Shown here one piece after another: positions 18,065 to 26,622 of a DNA stretch of 40,881 bases (its first letter is position 1; every line of letters starts with the position of its first letter). Position numbers and translations under genes: made by a program. The DNA lies in the NCBI GenBank assembly GCA_041615815.1, contig JBFJCP010000034.1, positions 1-40,881 on the forward strand. The letters run 5' to 3'. Source of the stretch: Gemmatimonadales bacterium (GTDB lineage: Bacteria; Gemmatimonadota; Gemmatimonadetes; Gemmatimonadales; GWC2-71-9). Below the pieces are notes generated by a model. That model ran no database searches, had not been told where the DNA came from, and worked only from the letters and a program-made list of their open reading frames with translations.

Positions 18065-18483
18065 ATGAATGTCTCGATACCGAGAAGTTGGTTTCAGTGG
18101 GAATGGCGCTCGACTGGAATACGGAGGACGCGCTACGTCATCTCGTGGAGTGCCGCCGCTGCCGCGAGGAACTGGAGCGCCTCGCAACCGTATGCGACGT
18201 GGTAGGATCCGCGATGCCAGCGGACCCGGGGTTCACCGACCGCGTGATGGCCGGTATGGCCCAAGGTGGGACACCGCAGGCTCAGCCGTGGTGGTCCGTG
18301 ACCGTCGGACTTCTCGTGAACCCCGCGTTGGCGGGGATGACGGCCTTGTTCACGGTCGGGCTCGCTACCCAGACAGGGCCGATGTCCGGCGGACCCGCGG
18401 CGGTGGCTGTCGTGGTGGGTGCGATGGCGCTGACGTTCGTGGTGAATCGACGGAGGGCCGCTCGAGCGCCGTCTGCCGTGTGA
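18061..18483 (+). CDS. zinc-binding (HxxxCxxC) membrane anti-sigma factor
   Basis: HLVECRRC motif, two C-terminal TM segments, ATGA overlap with the sigma gene stop. Confidence 0.85.
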   Translation: MNECLDTEKLVSVGMALDWNTEDALRHLVECRRCREELERLATVCDVVGSAMPADPGFTDRVMAGMAQGGTPQAQPWWSVTVGLLVNPALAGMTALFTVGLATQTGPMSGGPAAVAVVVGAMALTFVVNRRRAARAPSAV

Positions 18484-18592
18484 AGGCGGGCGGTAGTGAG
18501 GCAGGAGCGGTAGCGGAGCGATGAGACTCCGCTCCTCTCCGCCTTCCTGCCGCTCGGCGTCGACTGCCCCTGCCGCCTCTGCCGCCCATCCA
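18484..18592. repeat. opposed 9-mer arrays between convergent genes
   Basis: ggcggtagt gaggcagga gcggtagcg gag... facing ctccgctcc tctccgcct tcctgccgc ... cctgccgcc tctgccgcc. Confidence 0.65.
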
Positions 18593-18593
18593 C

Positions 18594-21500
18594 CTATCTC
18601 ACCCTATACACACTCACCAACGAGGAATCCCCGTCCTGACTGGCCAGTGCGACGGCGCCACCCCGCTTCGTCATCGCCTGGTGAAACACGTGCTCCGGCA
18701 CGGCACCGAATAGGAGATCCAACATCCAGTCGCTCCCCATGACGCCGGCGGCTTCGGGAGCGGACGCGTCCTCGACCCGCGGTAGCGTCAACGCCGTCGC
18801 GTCCGCGTTGGTCAAGTTGACCACGACGGGCGCCGATCCGTAGGCATGGAGGAGGAGCTCGTCATTCGCGACCAGCTTGCCGGTGTGATAGTAGCCGCCG
18901 AGCTCGCCCACCGGATTGATGGACCGGGCCGCGGGGTCGACCGTCCAAATTCGAGTGCGCGATTCCCGTTCCGTGCCCGCGCAGACGTACGTGGCCTGGT
19001 TTGCCAGCGGTTCGGCGCACCACACGTGGAGCGTGGTGAGGGCGAGACGCTCGCGCAACGATCCTCGCAGCGTGCCCAGCTCCGACAGCGTCCAATAACT
19101 CGCCAGCGGGCTCAGATAGACCGGGAAAACATCGAACTCGGCGAAGTCGAAACGACTTGCGATGACCAGCGCGTGTGGCCCCGCTCCCACCTTGAGGTCG
19201 TCGAGAATCAGCTCGTCCGGTTCCTCGAACGTCCAGCGGTGTTGTTCGTAATCCTGCTGCCCAAACTGGCCGGTGATGAGTGTCGTCACAGACCTCGAGT
19301 AGTCCGTGCTGACCACATCCCAGCGGCGCTGCACCGGATCGATGCGGAGCGTTGGGCTGGCGAGCTGGGGAAGGGGGATTTCGTGAATGACCCACGGGCC
19401 CAACGCCAGGTTGGTGGCCTGAAGCACCAGGCCGTCCTTCGTGACACGGAGGATGGCTACCAGATCGTCATCCATGAACTGAACGTCCCAGGCCGCCACG
19501 GACCAAAGCTCGTCATCGGCTTCGATGCGAAACAGCGGACGCTCACCCGGGGCAAATCGTTGGTAGTGCTCCTCCGAACCCATGGCGGCGGCAAAGCGCT
19601 TCCCACTCGGCGAGAGTCGGAGGTCGGACACGTATCCCGCGATCGCGCGCGTTCGAACTGCTTGGAGCTCTGCGTTCCGCAGGGGTACCGTCTGTACGGG
19701 ACCGGCCAGCGGATCGTCAGCGAAGTGCGAGCGGAACCACCGGCTGCCGCCCGCGATGATCAGCGCCGCCACCGCGAGCAGCACGAGCGCGGGAACGCGC
19801 GCGGCCCGCTTCCGCCGCAGCGTGAGCATGGCCGCTGCCAGTCCGGCCAGTACCAACGCCAACCCGGCATCGTGTCGAGCCCACAGGTGGAACTCCATGA
19901 TCGGGAGGGGGGAGGCGAACCGGCTCGCAGCCCGCAACGCATACAGCAGGCCCAGCGCCGCGAGGGCGGTGATGGTAACCAGCTGCATCGACGAAGCGTC
20001 CGGCAGGCGCTGTTGTCCGGCTCGGCGGGCTTCCAAGAGGAACAGGAACCCGAGTCCGACCTTGAGCGCCACCGGAAGTACCAGCACCTGCCCGCCAAAC
20101 AAGAATGACTCGGGGCTCCGCAGACCCAGCAGAGCCGTCGCGAGGGCGATCGCTCCCGCCGCCGCGAGCGTCGCGCGACTGGGGCGAATGAGGATCAGCA
20201 GCGCGCCGAGCATGAAGGGAAGGGAGAGTGGCGGCAGGATTCCGGTGAGCATCGCGACCGACGCCCAAAACCGATTCTTTCGAGCGAATGCCGCCTGGGT
20301 GACCTGGCGAGCCTCGGAGTCGCGCGACATGCTGTGCAACTCGAGCTCCACTTGCGGGAGCCGTTCCTTCACCGCGGTGACATCATGAGGGTGGAGTGCG
20401 AGACGCAGCTCCTTTCCCAGCGCATCAACGGCCACCAGACGCCGCACGTCGCCACGCCCAACTTCGATGCGCAGATCGCCCAACTCGCTGTACCGGATCG
20501 TGCGCGCCTCTGCGGATTCGGCCCACGGTATCGCGGGATTGAGCGTCCCCTCCGCGGGCACGCCGCGCAGCCAGTGCAGCCGGTCGGGACCTAACACCAC
20601 CGCGGTGCCGGGCTCGTCCGCGGATCGCACCATGATGCTTGCGGCCGTCGCGGCGGCGCCGGCTGGCGTCCCGTGGCCGCTCGCGTCGCGAATAGCTCTG
20701 ATCCGTCGGGCGAGGCTGGGGTGAGACTGATGTTTGGCGCCCCGCGGGCTCCATCGGCGCGGCAACCGCATGAGCGCGTGAATCTTGGTGAGGGCGGTGA
20801 TGACGATTTCGGGATCGCCCACTAGCTCCACCGCGCGAAGATCGCTCTGATGTTCGTGGGCCTGATTACGCGAGGCCACGAACAGCAGCGCGAAGAGGCA
20901 GAGGAGCGGCCAGCCAACCTGCACGGCGCGGGCCGCGAGCGATTCCAACCCGAAGCCAAACAGCAGCGCGAGGAGGATCGCGACGAGGATCACGAGCAAG
21001 ACATCGCGGATGACGAGCCGCCGCTGACTGAAGTGCTCCAGGTGCGCCACCTCGTGGGCGAAGATCGCCGTGGTCTCCTCCGGAGTCAGCGCATCCAAGA
21101 GTCCGCGGGATAACAAGACGCCCGGATGCCAATGGGAGGGCAACGCGAAGGCGTTGACCCAGTGGCCTCCGGGCGCATCGGCTTGCAGCACGCGGAGGCG
21201 GGGGCAGGTGGCGCGCTGGAGGACGCTCTCGAACCGCCCGGCGAGGTCAGCGTCGCGCAAGGGGCGCGCCCGAACGAGCACGGCGAAGATTTCAGCACTG
21301 AACTGGGTCCAAAGAAAGGCCAACACGCCAAGCCCCACGGCTGCCGCCAGGGCGTGCCATCCTGCGGTTTCCGCTTCTGCGACGGTCATCGTCACGCCGG
21401 GGATCACCGCCAACAAGATCCACACCCCCATCGCCCCCACCCAAAACCGCACGTTGAATACCAGGTACGACAGCATTCCGCGCTGTTCCTTGAACACGGC

Positions 21501-21761
21501 GCGCCGCAGCGTGAACAAGCCGGCGGCCGCACCCACGAGGCCGAGCGTGATCTTGCCGATGGCGGCATGCGGACTGACAATGACGCCGAGCGCGAGGCAG
21601 GCGCCCAACACGGCTCCCACCCGCTGGTGGAAGCTCATCTGGAGCTCGGGAAAGACCGGGTCGTCCAACCGACGCGTCAGCCGGCGTCCCACCCAGTACG
21701 CGTAGATGGCAGGTGCCGCGATGCACACGAAGGACAGGACTTCCCGCAAGCCGCTTGACAT
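18594..21761 (-). CDS. M48 (HtpX/Ste24-like) zinc metalloprotease fused to extra membrane and beta-rich domains
   Basis: NAFA, FAHEVAH, E..SD..AV and SHPSLARRI motifs; then a soluble domain, about 7 further TM segments and a roughly 350-aa beta-rich C-terminus. Confidence 0.85.
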   Translation of the reverse strand: MSSGLREVLSFVCIAAPAIYAYWVGRRLTRRLDDPVFPELQMSFHQRVGAVLGACLALGVIVSPHAAIGKITLGLVGAAAGLFTLRRAVFKEQRGMLSYLVFNVRFWVGAMGVWILLAVIPGVTMTVAEAETAGWHALAAAVGLGVLAFLWTQFSAEIFAVLVRARPLRDADLAGRFESVLQRATCPRLRVLQADAPGGHWVNAFALPSHWHPGVLLSRGLLDALTPEETTAIFAHEVAHLEHFSQRRLVIRDVLLVILVAILLALLFGFGLESLAARAVQVGWPLLCLFALLFVASRNQAHEHQSDLRAVELVGDPEIVITALTKIHALMRLPRRWSPRGAKHQSHPSLARRIRAIRDASGHGTPAGAAATAASIMVRSADEPGTAVVLGPDRLHWLRGVPAEGTLNPAIPWAESAEARTIRYSELGDLRIEVGRGDVRRLVAVDALGKELRLALHPHDVTAVKERLPQVELELHSMSRDSEARQVTQAAFARKNRFWASVAMLTGILPPLSLPFMLGALLILIRPSRATLAAAGAIALATALLGLRSPESFLFGGQVLVLPVALKVGLGFLFLLEARRAGQQRLPDASSMQLVTITALAALGLLYALRAASRFASPLPIMEFHLWARHDAGLALVLAGLAAAMLTLRRKRAARVPALVLLAVAALIIAGGSRWFRSHFADDPLAGPVQTVPLRNAELQAVRTRAIAGYVSDLRLSPSGKRFAAAMGSEEHYQRFAPGERPLFRIEADDELWSVAAWDVQFMDDDLVAILRVTKDGLVLQATNLALGPWVIHEIPLPQLASPTLRIDPVQRRWDVVSTDYSRSVTTLITGQFGQQDYEQHRWTFEEPDELILDDLKVGAGPHALVIASRFDFAEFDVFPVYLSPLASYWTLSELGTLRGSLRERLALTTLHVWCAEPLANQATYVCAGTERESRTRIWTVDPAARSINPVGELGGYYHTGKLVANDELLLHAYGSAPVVVNLTNADATALTLPRVEDASAPEAAGVMGSDWMLDLLFGAVPEHVFHQAMTKRGGAVALASQDGDSSLVSVYRVR

Positions 21762-21854
21762 GGCCCACGAAAATCGCGGCGCCCTCTGCCCGGCATGGTG
21801 ACAGACGTCACAGGAGGGGCCTCATGCCACTGTCGGGGTAGTGCTCGACCCGGG

Positions 21855-21892
21855 GTTGCATACAAATTCAACTTGATGTATATAGATGCGCC
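21855..21892 (+). promoter_or_regulatory. tandem ARG boxes (ArgR operator)
   Basis: gtTGCATACAAATTCAac (21855-21872), a 2-nt spacer, then gaTGTATATAGATGCgcc (21875-21892); an AT-rich island upstream of argR resembling the TGNATA...ATNCA consensus. Confidence 0.8.
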
Positions 21893-21982
21893 TCGGGGAG
21901 CGGGTCGGAGATCAGGCACGGTGTATCCACCCACGTCTGCGCCCGTTCGCGGCGAGAATGGAAAGGAAGAGGTCAAAACCGT

Positions 21983-22459
21983 ATGTCGGATCACGTCGAC
22001 AAGATGCGCCGCCACCGTTTGATCCTCGAGATCCTGCGGTCGAGTCCCATCGGCAGTCAGGAGGAACTGGCCGGGGCGCTCGAGGGGCGGGACGTGGTCG
22101 TGACCCAGCCGACGCTCTCCCGCGATCTGCACGAACTCCGGGTGACCCGGGTACCCACGGACGACGGCTATCAGTACGTGCCTCCCGAGTTGGGAAACGG
22201 TGGGCATCGGCCCACGCCGCAGCGGCTCCAACGGCTGGCGGCCCTCGAAGTCACGGGTGTCGAAGCCAACGACGTTGTCGTGGCCGTTCACACGATGCCG
22301 GGTCGGGCCCAGGGACTCGCCGCCTATCTGGACAACCTCGAGATTCCCGAGCTGATGGCGACCATCGCGGGCGACGACACCGTCATCGCCCATCCCCGCC
22401 GGACCAGGCAAACCGCCAAACTCAGGCGCACCTTGACCGAACTCCTGAGCATCGCCTAA
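21983..22459 (+). CDS. argR: arginine repressor
   Basis: SQEEL, VTQPTLSRDL (winged HTH) and TIAGDDT arginine-binding motif. Confidence 0.95.
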   Translation: MSDHVDKMRRHRLILEILRSSPIGSQEELAGALEGRDVVVTQPTLSRDLHELRVTRVPTDDGYQYVPPELGNGGHRPTPQRLQRLAALEVTGVEANDVVVAVHTMPGRAQGLAAYLDNLEIPELMATIAGDDTVIAHPRRTRQTAKLRRTLTELLSIA

Positions 22460-22487
22460 CAACCGACAACACGAACCCCTAGGACCA

Positions 22488-23720
22488 ATGCCCAAGTACG
22501 TCCTCGCCTATTCCGGAGTGCTCGACACCTCCGTAATCCTGAAGTGGCTGCAACTCGAGCATGGCGCCGATGTGGTGACCGTGACGGCGGACCTCGGCCA
22601 GAAGAAAGAATTGCTCGGTGTGCAGGCCAAGGCTCTGGCGTGCGGCGCGACGGCGGCGTACGTGGAGGATCTGCAAGATCAGTTCGTGCAGGAGTTCGTC
22701 TGGCCCACCCTCAAAGCCGGGGCGCTCTATCAAGGTGTGTATCCGATGGCCACGGCCATCGGACGGCCGTTGATCGCCAAACGGCTGGTGGAGATTGCCA
22801 GAGAGGTTGGCGCAGACGCCATCGTGCACGGCTGCTCCGGCAAAGGGAACGATCAGGTGCGTTTCGAGGTGGGCATCGCTGCCCTGGCGCCGGACTTGAA
22901 GTGCCTCGCGCCGCTTCGCACCTGGAACCTCACGAGTCGAGACGACGAGATCGAGTGGGCCCGGCGTCATCGGATTCCCGTGACCGCCAATCGCCAATCG
23001 CCGTACTCGATCGATGAAAACCTGTGGGGACTCTCCGTGGAAGCTGGTCCACTGGAAGATCCGTGGGCGGCACCACCCGAGGACTGCTGGCAGCTGACCG
23101 TTGATCCGGAGATGGCGCCCGCGCAGTCCGTCGAGTTGACGATTGGGTTCGAAGAAGCGGTTCCCGTGTCGCTGGACGGCGAGTCACTTCCGGGAGCGGA
23201 TCTGGTGCGCGCTCTGCGCGACATCGGGGCCGCGCACGGCGTGGGACGCATCGACATGGTCGAAGATCGGTTGGTGGGGATCAAGTCCCGGGAAGTCTAC
23301 GAGGCGCCCGCCGCCATCACGCTCCACGCTGCCCGGCGGTCGCTCGAGCAACTGACACTCGATCGCGAGACCCGACGAGTCCTGCATACCATGGGTGACG
23401 AACTGGCCCGCTTGGTATACGATGGCTTCTGGTTCTCACCGCTGCGCAAGGCCGTTGCGGCCTTCGTGGACGAAGCGGTGAAGCCGATGAGCGGCGAGGT
23501 CCGGGTACGGCTCCATCGCGGCCATGTGACGCCGGTGGGCCGCCGGTCGGCCTATGCGCTCTATGACAGCTCCCTGGCCACGTATGGCGCCGGCGACGGC
23601 TTCAAGCATGCGGCCGCCGAAGGGTTCATCGAGCTCTTTGGCTTGGGTTCGCGGATCGCCAATGCGAACCGTGCCAAGAATGGCGCGCCGGTCACCCCAC
23701 CCCAGGAAGTGCTGGTGTGA
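22488..23720 (+). CDS. argG: argininosuccinate synthase
   Basis: AYSGxLDTS, HGCSGKGNDQVRFE, SIDENLWG and GIKSREVYEAP motifs. Confidence 0.95.
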   Translation: MPKYVLAYSGVLDTSVILKWLQLEHGADVVTVTADLGQKKELLGVQAKALACGATAAYVEDLQDQFVQEFVWPTLKAGALYQGVYPMATAIGRPLIAKRLVEIAREVGADAIVHGCSGKGNDQVRFEVGIAALAPDLKCLAPLRTWNLTSRDDEIEWARRHRIPVTANRQSPYSIDENLWGLSVEAGPLEDPWAAPPEDCWQLTVDPEMAPAQSVELTIGFEEAVPVSLDGESLPGADLVRALRDIGAAHGVGRIDMVEDRLVGIKSREVYEAPAAITLHAARRSLEQLTLDRETRRVLHTMGDELARLVYDGFWFSPLRKAVAAFVDEAVKPMSGEVRVRLHRGHVTPVGRRSAYALYDSSLATYGAGDGFKHAAAEGFIELFGLGSRIANANRAKNGAPVTPPQEVLV

Positions 23721-25123
23721 GCGACCTTTGGGGCGGTCGCTTTTCCGAAGAACCCGACGCACTCCTCCGGCGGTTTTCGTCTTCCTTGTCGGTGGACCGG
23801 CGGCTGGTCACCTACGATCTGACGGCGAGCAAGGCGCATGCAACGGCGCTATGGGACGCGAAGCTCCTGACGGAGGACGAATATCGAAAACTGTTGGAAG
23901 GGCTCGCCCAAATCGAACGAGAAGTGCGAAGCGGCGCATTCCCGTCTCACGACACCAACCCGCTTCCCGAGGATATTCACAGTGCCATCGAAGCGCGGCT
24001 CGTCGAGCTGTGCGGCGATACGGGATACCGAATCCACACGGGGCGGAGCCGAAACGATCAAGTCGTGACGGCCGCCCTCCTGTGGCTGAAAGACGCCGCC
24101 CAGGAACTCGAGGGTGCCGTCCGCGAGGTGCAACGGGCTCTGATCGCGAAGGCACAGGAATACCCCCGTCTGATTGTGCCCTCGTATACGCATCTGCAGC
24201 GCGCCCAACCCGTGCTGCTGGGGCATCATCTCCATGCCCATTTTGAAGCACTGGAACGAGACGTGGGGCGGATCCGTGAGGCCGCGGCTCGAGCGGACCG
24301 CAGCCCGCTCGGTGCCGCCGCCTGCGCCGGATCCTCGTTTCCGTTGGACCGGGAGATCACCGCGCGCAGGCTCGGGTTCAGTCGGGTGTCGCGCAACTCG
24401 ATCGATGCCGTGGCCGATCGCGACTGGGCTCTGGAGATGCTGTCCGTGTGCGCAACAACCATGACGCATCTGTCGCGCCTGGCCGACGAGCTGGTGCTGT
24501 GGTCGAGCCAGGAATTCGGAAGCGTGCGCATTGCCGATGCATGGTGCACCGGATCGTCCGCGTTGCCGCAAAAACGGAATCCCGATGTGGCCGAATTGGT
24601 TCGCGGCCGCGCCGCGCGGGTTCTCGGCGACCTCGTAACCCTCCACGGGGTGCTGAAGGGACTTCCGCTGGCCTACAATCGGGATATGCAGGAGGACAAA
24701 GAGCCCCTGTTCGACGCTGTGGACACCACGCGGGACGCTGCCTTGGCCTTGGCCGGGGCGATCGCGCACACGGAGTTCCTCGAGCCCAGGGATACCGGAC
24801 CGGACTTCTCCACCGCGCTAGATTTAACCGAAGAGTTGGTGCGCCGCGGCACACCCTTTCGCCGGGCACACCGACTGGTTGGAGAGTTGGTGCAAATGCT
24901 CGAGCGAGACGGGCGCGGGCTGCCCGAAGTCACATCGGACGAGTTGGCTCAGATCGGCCTCGCCGATCTCAATCGCTCAGTGCTCACGGCGGAAGGGAGT
25001 ATCAAGGCCAAACGCACCTTCGGCTCCACCGCCCCAAACGAGGTGGCCCGCGAAGTGCAGGATGCGGTTCGGGTGTTGGATGCCCGCGATCGATCGACCA
25101 ATACCATGGAGCTCCACTCATGA
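23717..25123 (+). CDS. argH: argininosuccinate lyase
   Basis: LWGGRF, HTGRSRNDQ, YTHLQRAQP, GSSALPQKRNPD and AYNRDMQEDKE motifs; GTGA overlap with argG. Confidence 0.95.
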   Translation: MSDLWGGRFSEEPDALLRRFSSSLSVDRRLVTYDLTASKAHATALWDAKLLTEDEYRKLLEGLAQIEREVRSGAFPSHDTNPLPEDIHSAIEARLVELCGDTGYRIHTGRSRNDQVVTAALLWLKDAAQELEGAVREVQRALIAKAQEYPRLIVPSYTHLQRAQPVLLGHHLHAHFEALERDVGRIREAAARADRSPLGAAACAGSSFPLDREITARRLGFSRVSRNSIDAVADRDWALEMLSVCATTMTHLSRLADELVLWSSQEFGSVRIADAWCTGSSALPQKRNPDVAELVRGRAARVLGDLVTLHGVLKGLPLAYNRDMQEDKEPLFDAVDTTRDAALALAGAIAHTEFLEPRDTGPDFSTALDLTEELVRRGTPFRRAHRLVGELVQMLERDGRGLPEVTSDELAQIGLADLNRSVLTAEGSIKAKRTFGSTAPNEVAREVQDAVRVLDARDRSTNTMELHS

Positions 25124-26352
25124 CGGACGCAATCGGCACCAAGGACGCCGCGGCATATCTCGCGGAGGTCGACCGATACGGCGCGCATAACTATCACCCG
25201 CTCCCCGTCGTGTTGTCGCATGGCGAAGGGGCCTGGGTGTGGGACGTCGAAGGGAAGAAGTACCTGGATTGCCTCGCGGCCTATTCGGCCGTCAATCAGG
25301 GACACCGCCACCCCGCAATCATCCACGCCGCCAAGCAGCAGCTCGATCGGCTGACGCTCACCTCCCGAGCGTTCCACAACGATCAAATGGGTCCATTCCT
25401 CAAACGGCTGTGTGAGGTGACCGGATACGAAAAGGTCCTGCCGATGAATACGGGCGCGGAAGCGGTGGAGACGGCCATCAAGGCCGCTCGCCGCTGGGGC
25501 TATCGAGTGAAGGGGATTCCCGCCGACAAGGCGGAGATCATCGTGTGCTCGAACAATTTCCATGGACGGACCACGACGATCATCTCGTTTTCCACCGATC
25601 AGGAGCACAACGCGGATTACGGACCCATCACCCCAGGGTTCCCGATCATTCCCTATGGCGACGTGAAGGCGTTGGAGCGGGCGATCACCCCCGCCACCGC
25701 AGGCTTCCTATTCGAGCCCATCCAGGGAGAAGGAGGCGTGATCCTGCCACCCAACGGCTACATCGCTGAGGCGGCCACGATTTGTAGCGCGCACAACGTG
25801 CTACTCATGGCCGATGAGATCCAGACCGGACTCGGCCGCACGGGGAACATGTTCTGCTGCGATTGGGAAGACGTGCGTCCGGACATCGTCATGGTCGGGA
25901 AAGCACTGAGCGGTGGCGTGTATCCCGTGTCGGCCATGCTGGCCGACGCCGTGGTGATGGACGTGTTCCAGCCCGGCGACCACGGCTCGACGTACGGGGG
26001 CAACCCGCTGGGTGCGGCCGTTGCGTTGGCGGCCATCGATGTCCTGGTGGACGAGCAGCTGCCCGCGCGTGCCCTCGAATTGGGCGATTGGCTCATGCGA
26101 GAGCTCCAGGCGCTCGACGCTCCGTGCGTCACCGAAGTGCGGGGGAAAGGGCTCATGATCGGCATCGAGATCGATCCGGCCTATGGGCCGGCCCGCGTGT
26201 ACTGCGAACAGCTCAAGGAGCGGGGCATCCTGGCCAAGGAGACCCACGAGCAGGTGATCCGCCTCGCCCCACCCCTAGTCGTCCTCCGCGAGGACCTCCA
26301 GTGGGCGGCAGAACAGGTGAAAGAGGTGTTGGGTGGGGCGGAGCGGGGGTAG
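25120..26352 (+). CDS. rocD: ornithine--oxo-acid transaminase
   Basis: GAHNYHPLPVV, AYSAVNQGH, LTLTSRAFHND, EPIQGEGG, DEIQTGLGRTG, GKALSGG and HGSTYGGNP motifs; ATGA overlap with argH. Confidence 0.93.
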   Translation: MTDAIGTKDAAAYLAEVDRYGAHNYHPLPVVLSHGEGAWVWDVEGKKYLDCLAAYSAVNQGHRHPAIIHAAKQQLDRLTLTSRAFHNDQMGPFLKRLCEVTGYEKVLPMNTGAEAVETAIKAARRWGYRVKGIPADKAEIIVCSNNFHGRTTTIISFSTDQEHNADYGPITPGFPIIPYGDVKALERAITPATAGFLFEPIQGEGGVILPPNGYIAEAATICSAHNVLLMADEIQTGLGRTGNMFCCDWEDVRPDIVMVGKALSGGVYPVSAMLADAVVMDVFQPGDHGSTYGGNPLGAAVALAAIDVLVDEQLPARALELGDWLMRELQALDAPCVTEVRGKGLMIGIEIDPAYGPARVYCEQLKERGILAKETHEQVIRLAPPLVVLREDLQWAAEQVKEVLGGAERG

Positions 26353-26366
26353 GAGATCGGGTTTGC

Positions 26367-26400
26367 GGGGTCGGGTCGGAACCTCCGGAACCCCGGCCCC
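26367..26400 (+). terminator. GC-rich hairpin after rocD built from opposed heptamer-like units
   Basis: ggggtcggg-tcgga acc tccgga-a-c-cccggcccc; the U-tail is poor. Confidence 0.4.
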
Positions 26401-26403
26401 CTC

Positions 26404-26432
26404 TTGCCAGCCATTCTAGGACCCCTCATACT
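26404..26432 (+). promoter_or_regulatory. sigma70-type promoter
   Basis: TTGCCA (26404-26409), a 17-nt spacer and CATACT (26427-26432), just upstream of an AAGGAG RBS. Confidence 0.65.
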
Positions 26433-26454
26433 GCAGACGGCAAGGAGCGCTCTG

Positions 26455-26532
26455 ATGATTGGCCACTGTTTGCACCAGCCCTTTACCAGCCCCGGGATCT
26501 CGTCTGGGGGCCGAGGGTGGGGTATGCGCTGA
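26455..26532 (+). CDS. putative leader peptide MIGHCLHQPFTSPGISSGGRGWGMR
   Basis: AAGGAG (26442-26447) lies 7 nt before the ATG; the ORF ends 33 nt before the terminator hairpin; too short for the ORF track. Confidence 0.6.
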   Translation: MIGHCLHQPFTSPGISSGGRGWGMR

Positions 26533-26565
26533 TCGAAGGCGCCCGCTCTCTGTTGGTGTTGGCAC

Positions 26566-26591
26566 GCCCCCGATGACGCCGGGGGTTTTTT
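26566..26591 (+). terminator. leader (attenuator) terminator upstream of the PheRS-like gene
   Basis: gcccccg-atgacgc-cggggg followed by T6; ends 31 nt before ATG 26623. Confidence 0.8.
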
Positions 26592-26622
26592 GTGCCTGCG
26601 ACACTGAGCCCAGGAGAGTACG

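Noticed and set aside
24448..25119. 634-aa N-terminally extended rocD
   Set aside because: The extension is an off-frame read of argH; the real start is the ATGA overlap at 25120.
26440..26600. T-box riboswitch upstream of the aaRS-like gene
   Set aside because: No T-box consensus (GGTGGTACCGCG-like) and no long stem I; the leader is short and carries an RBS plus uORF instead.
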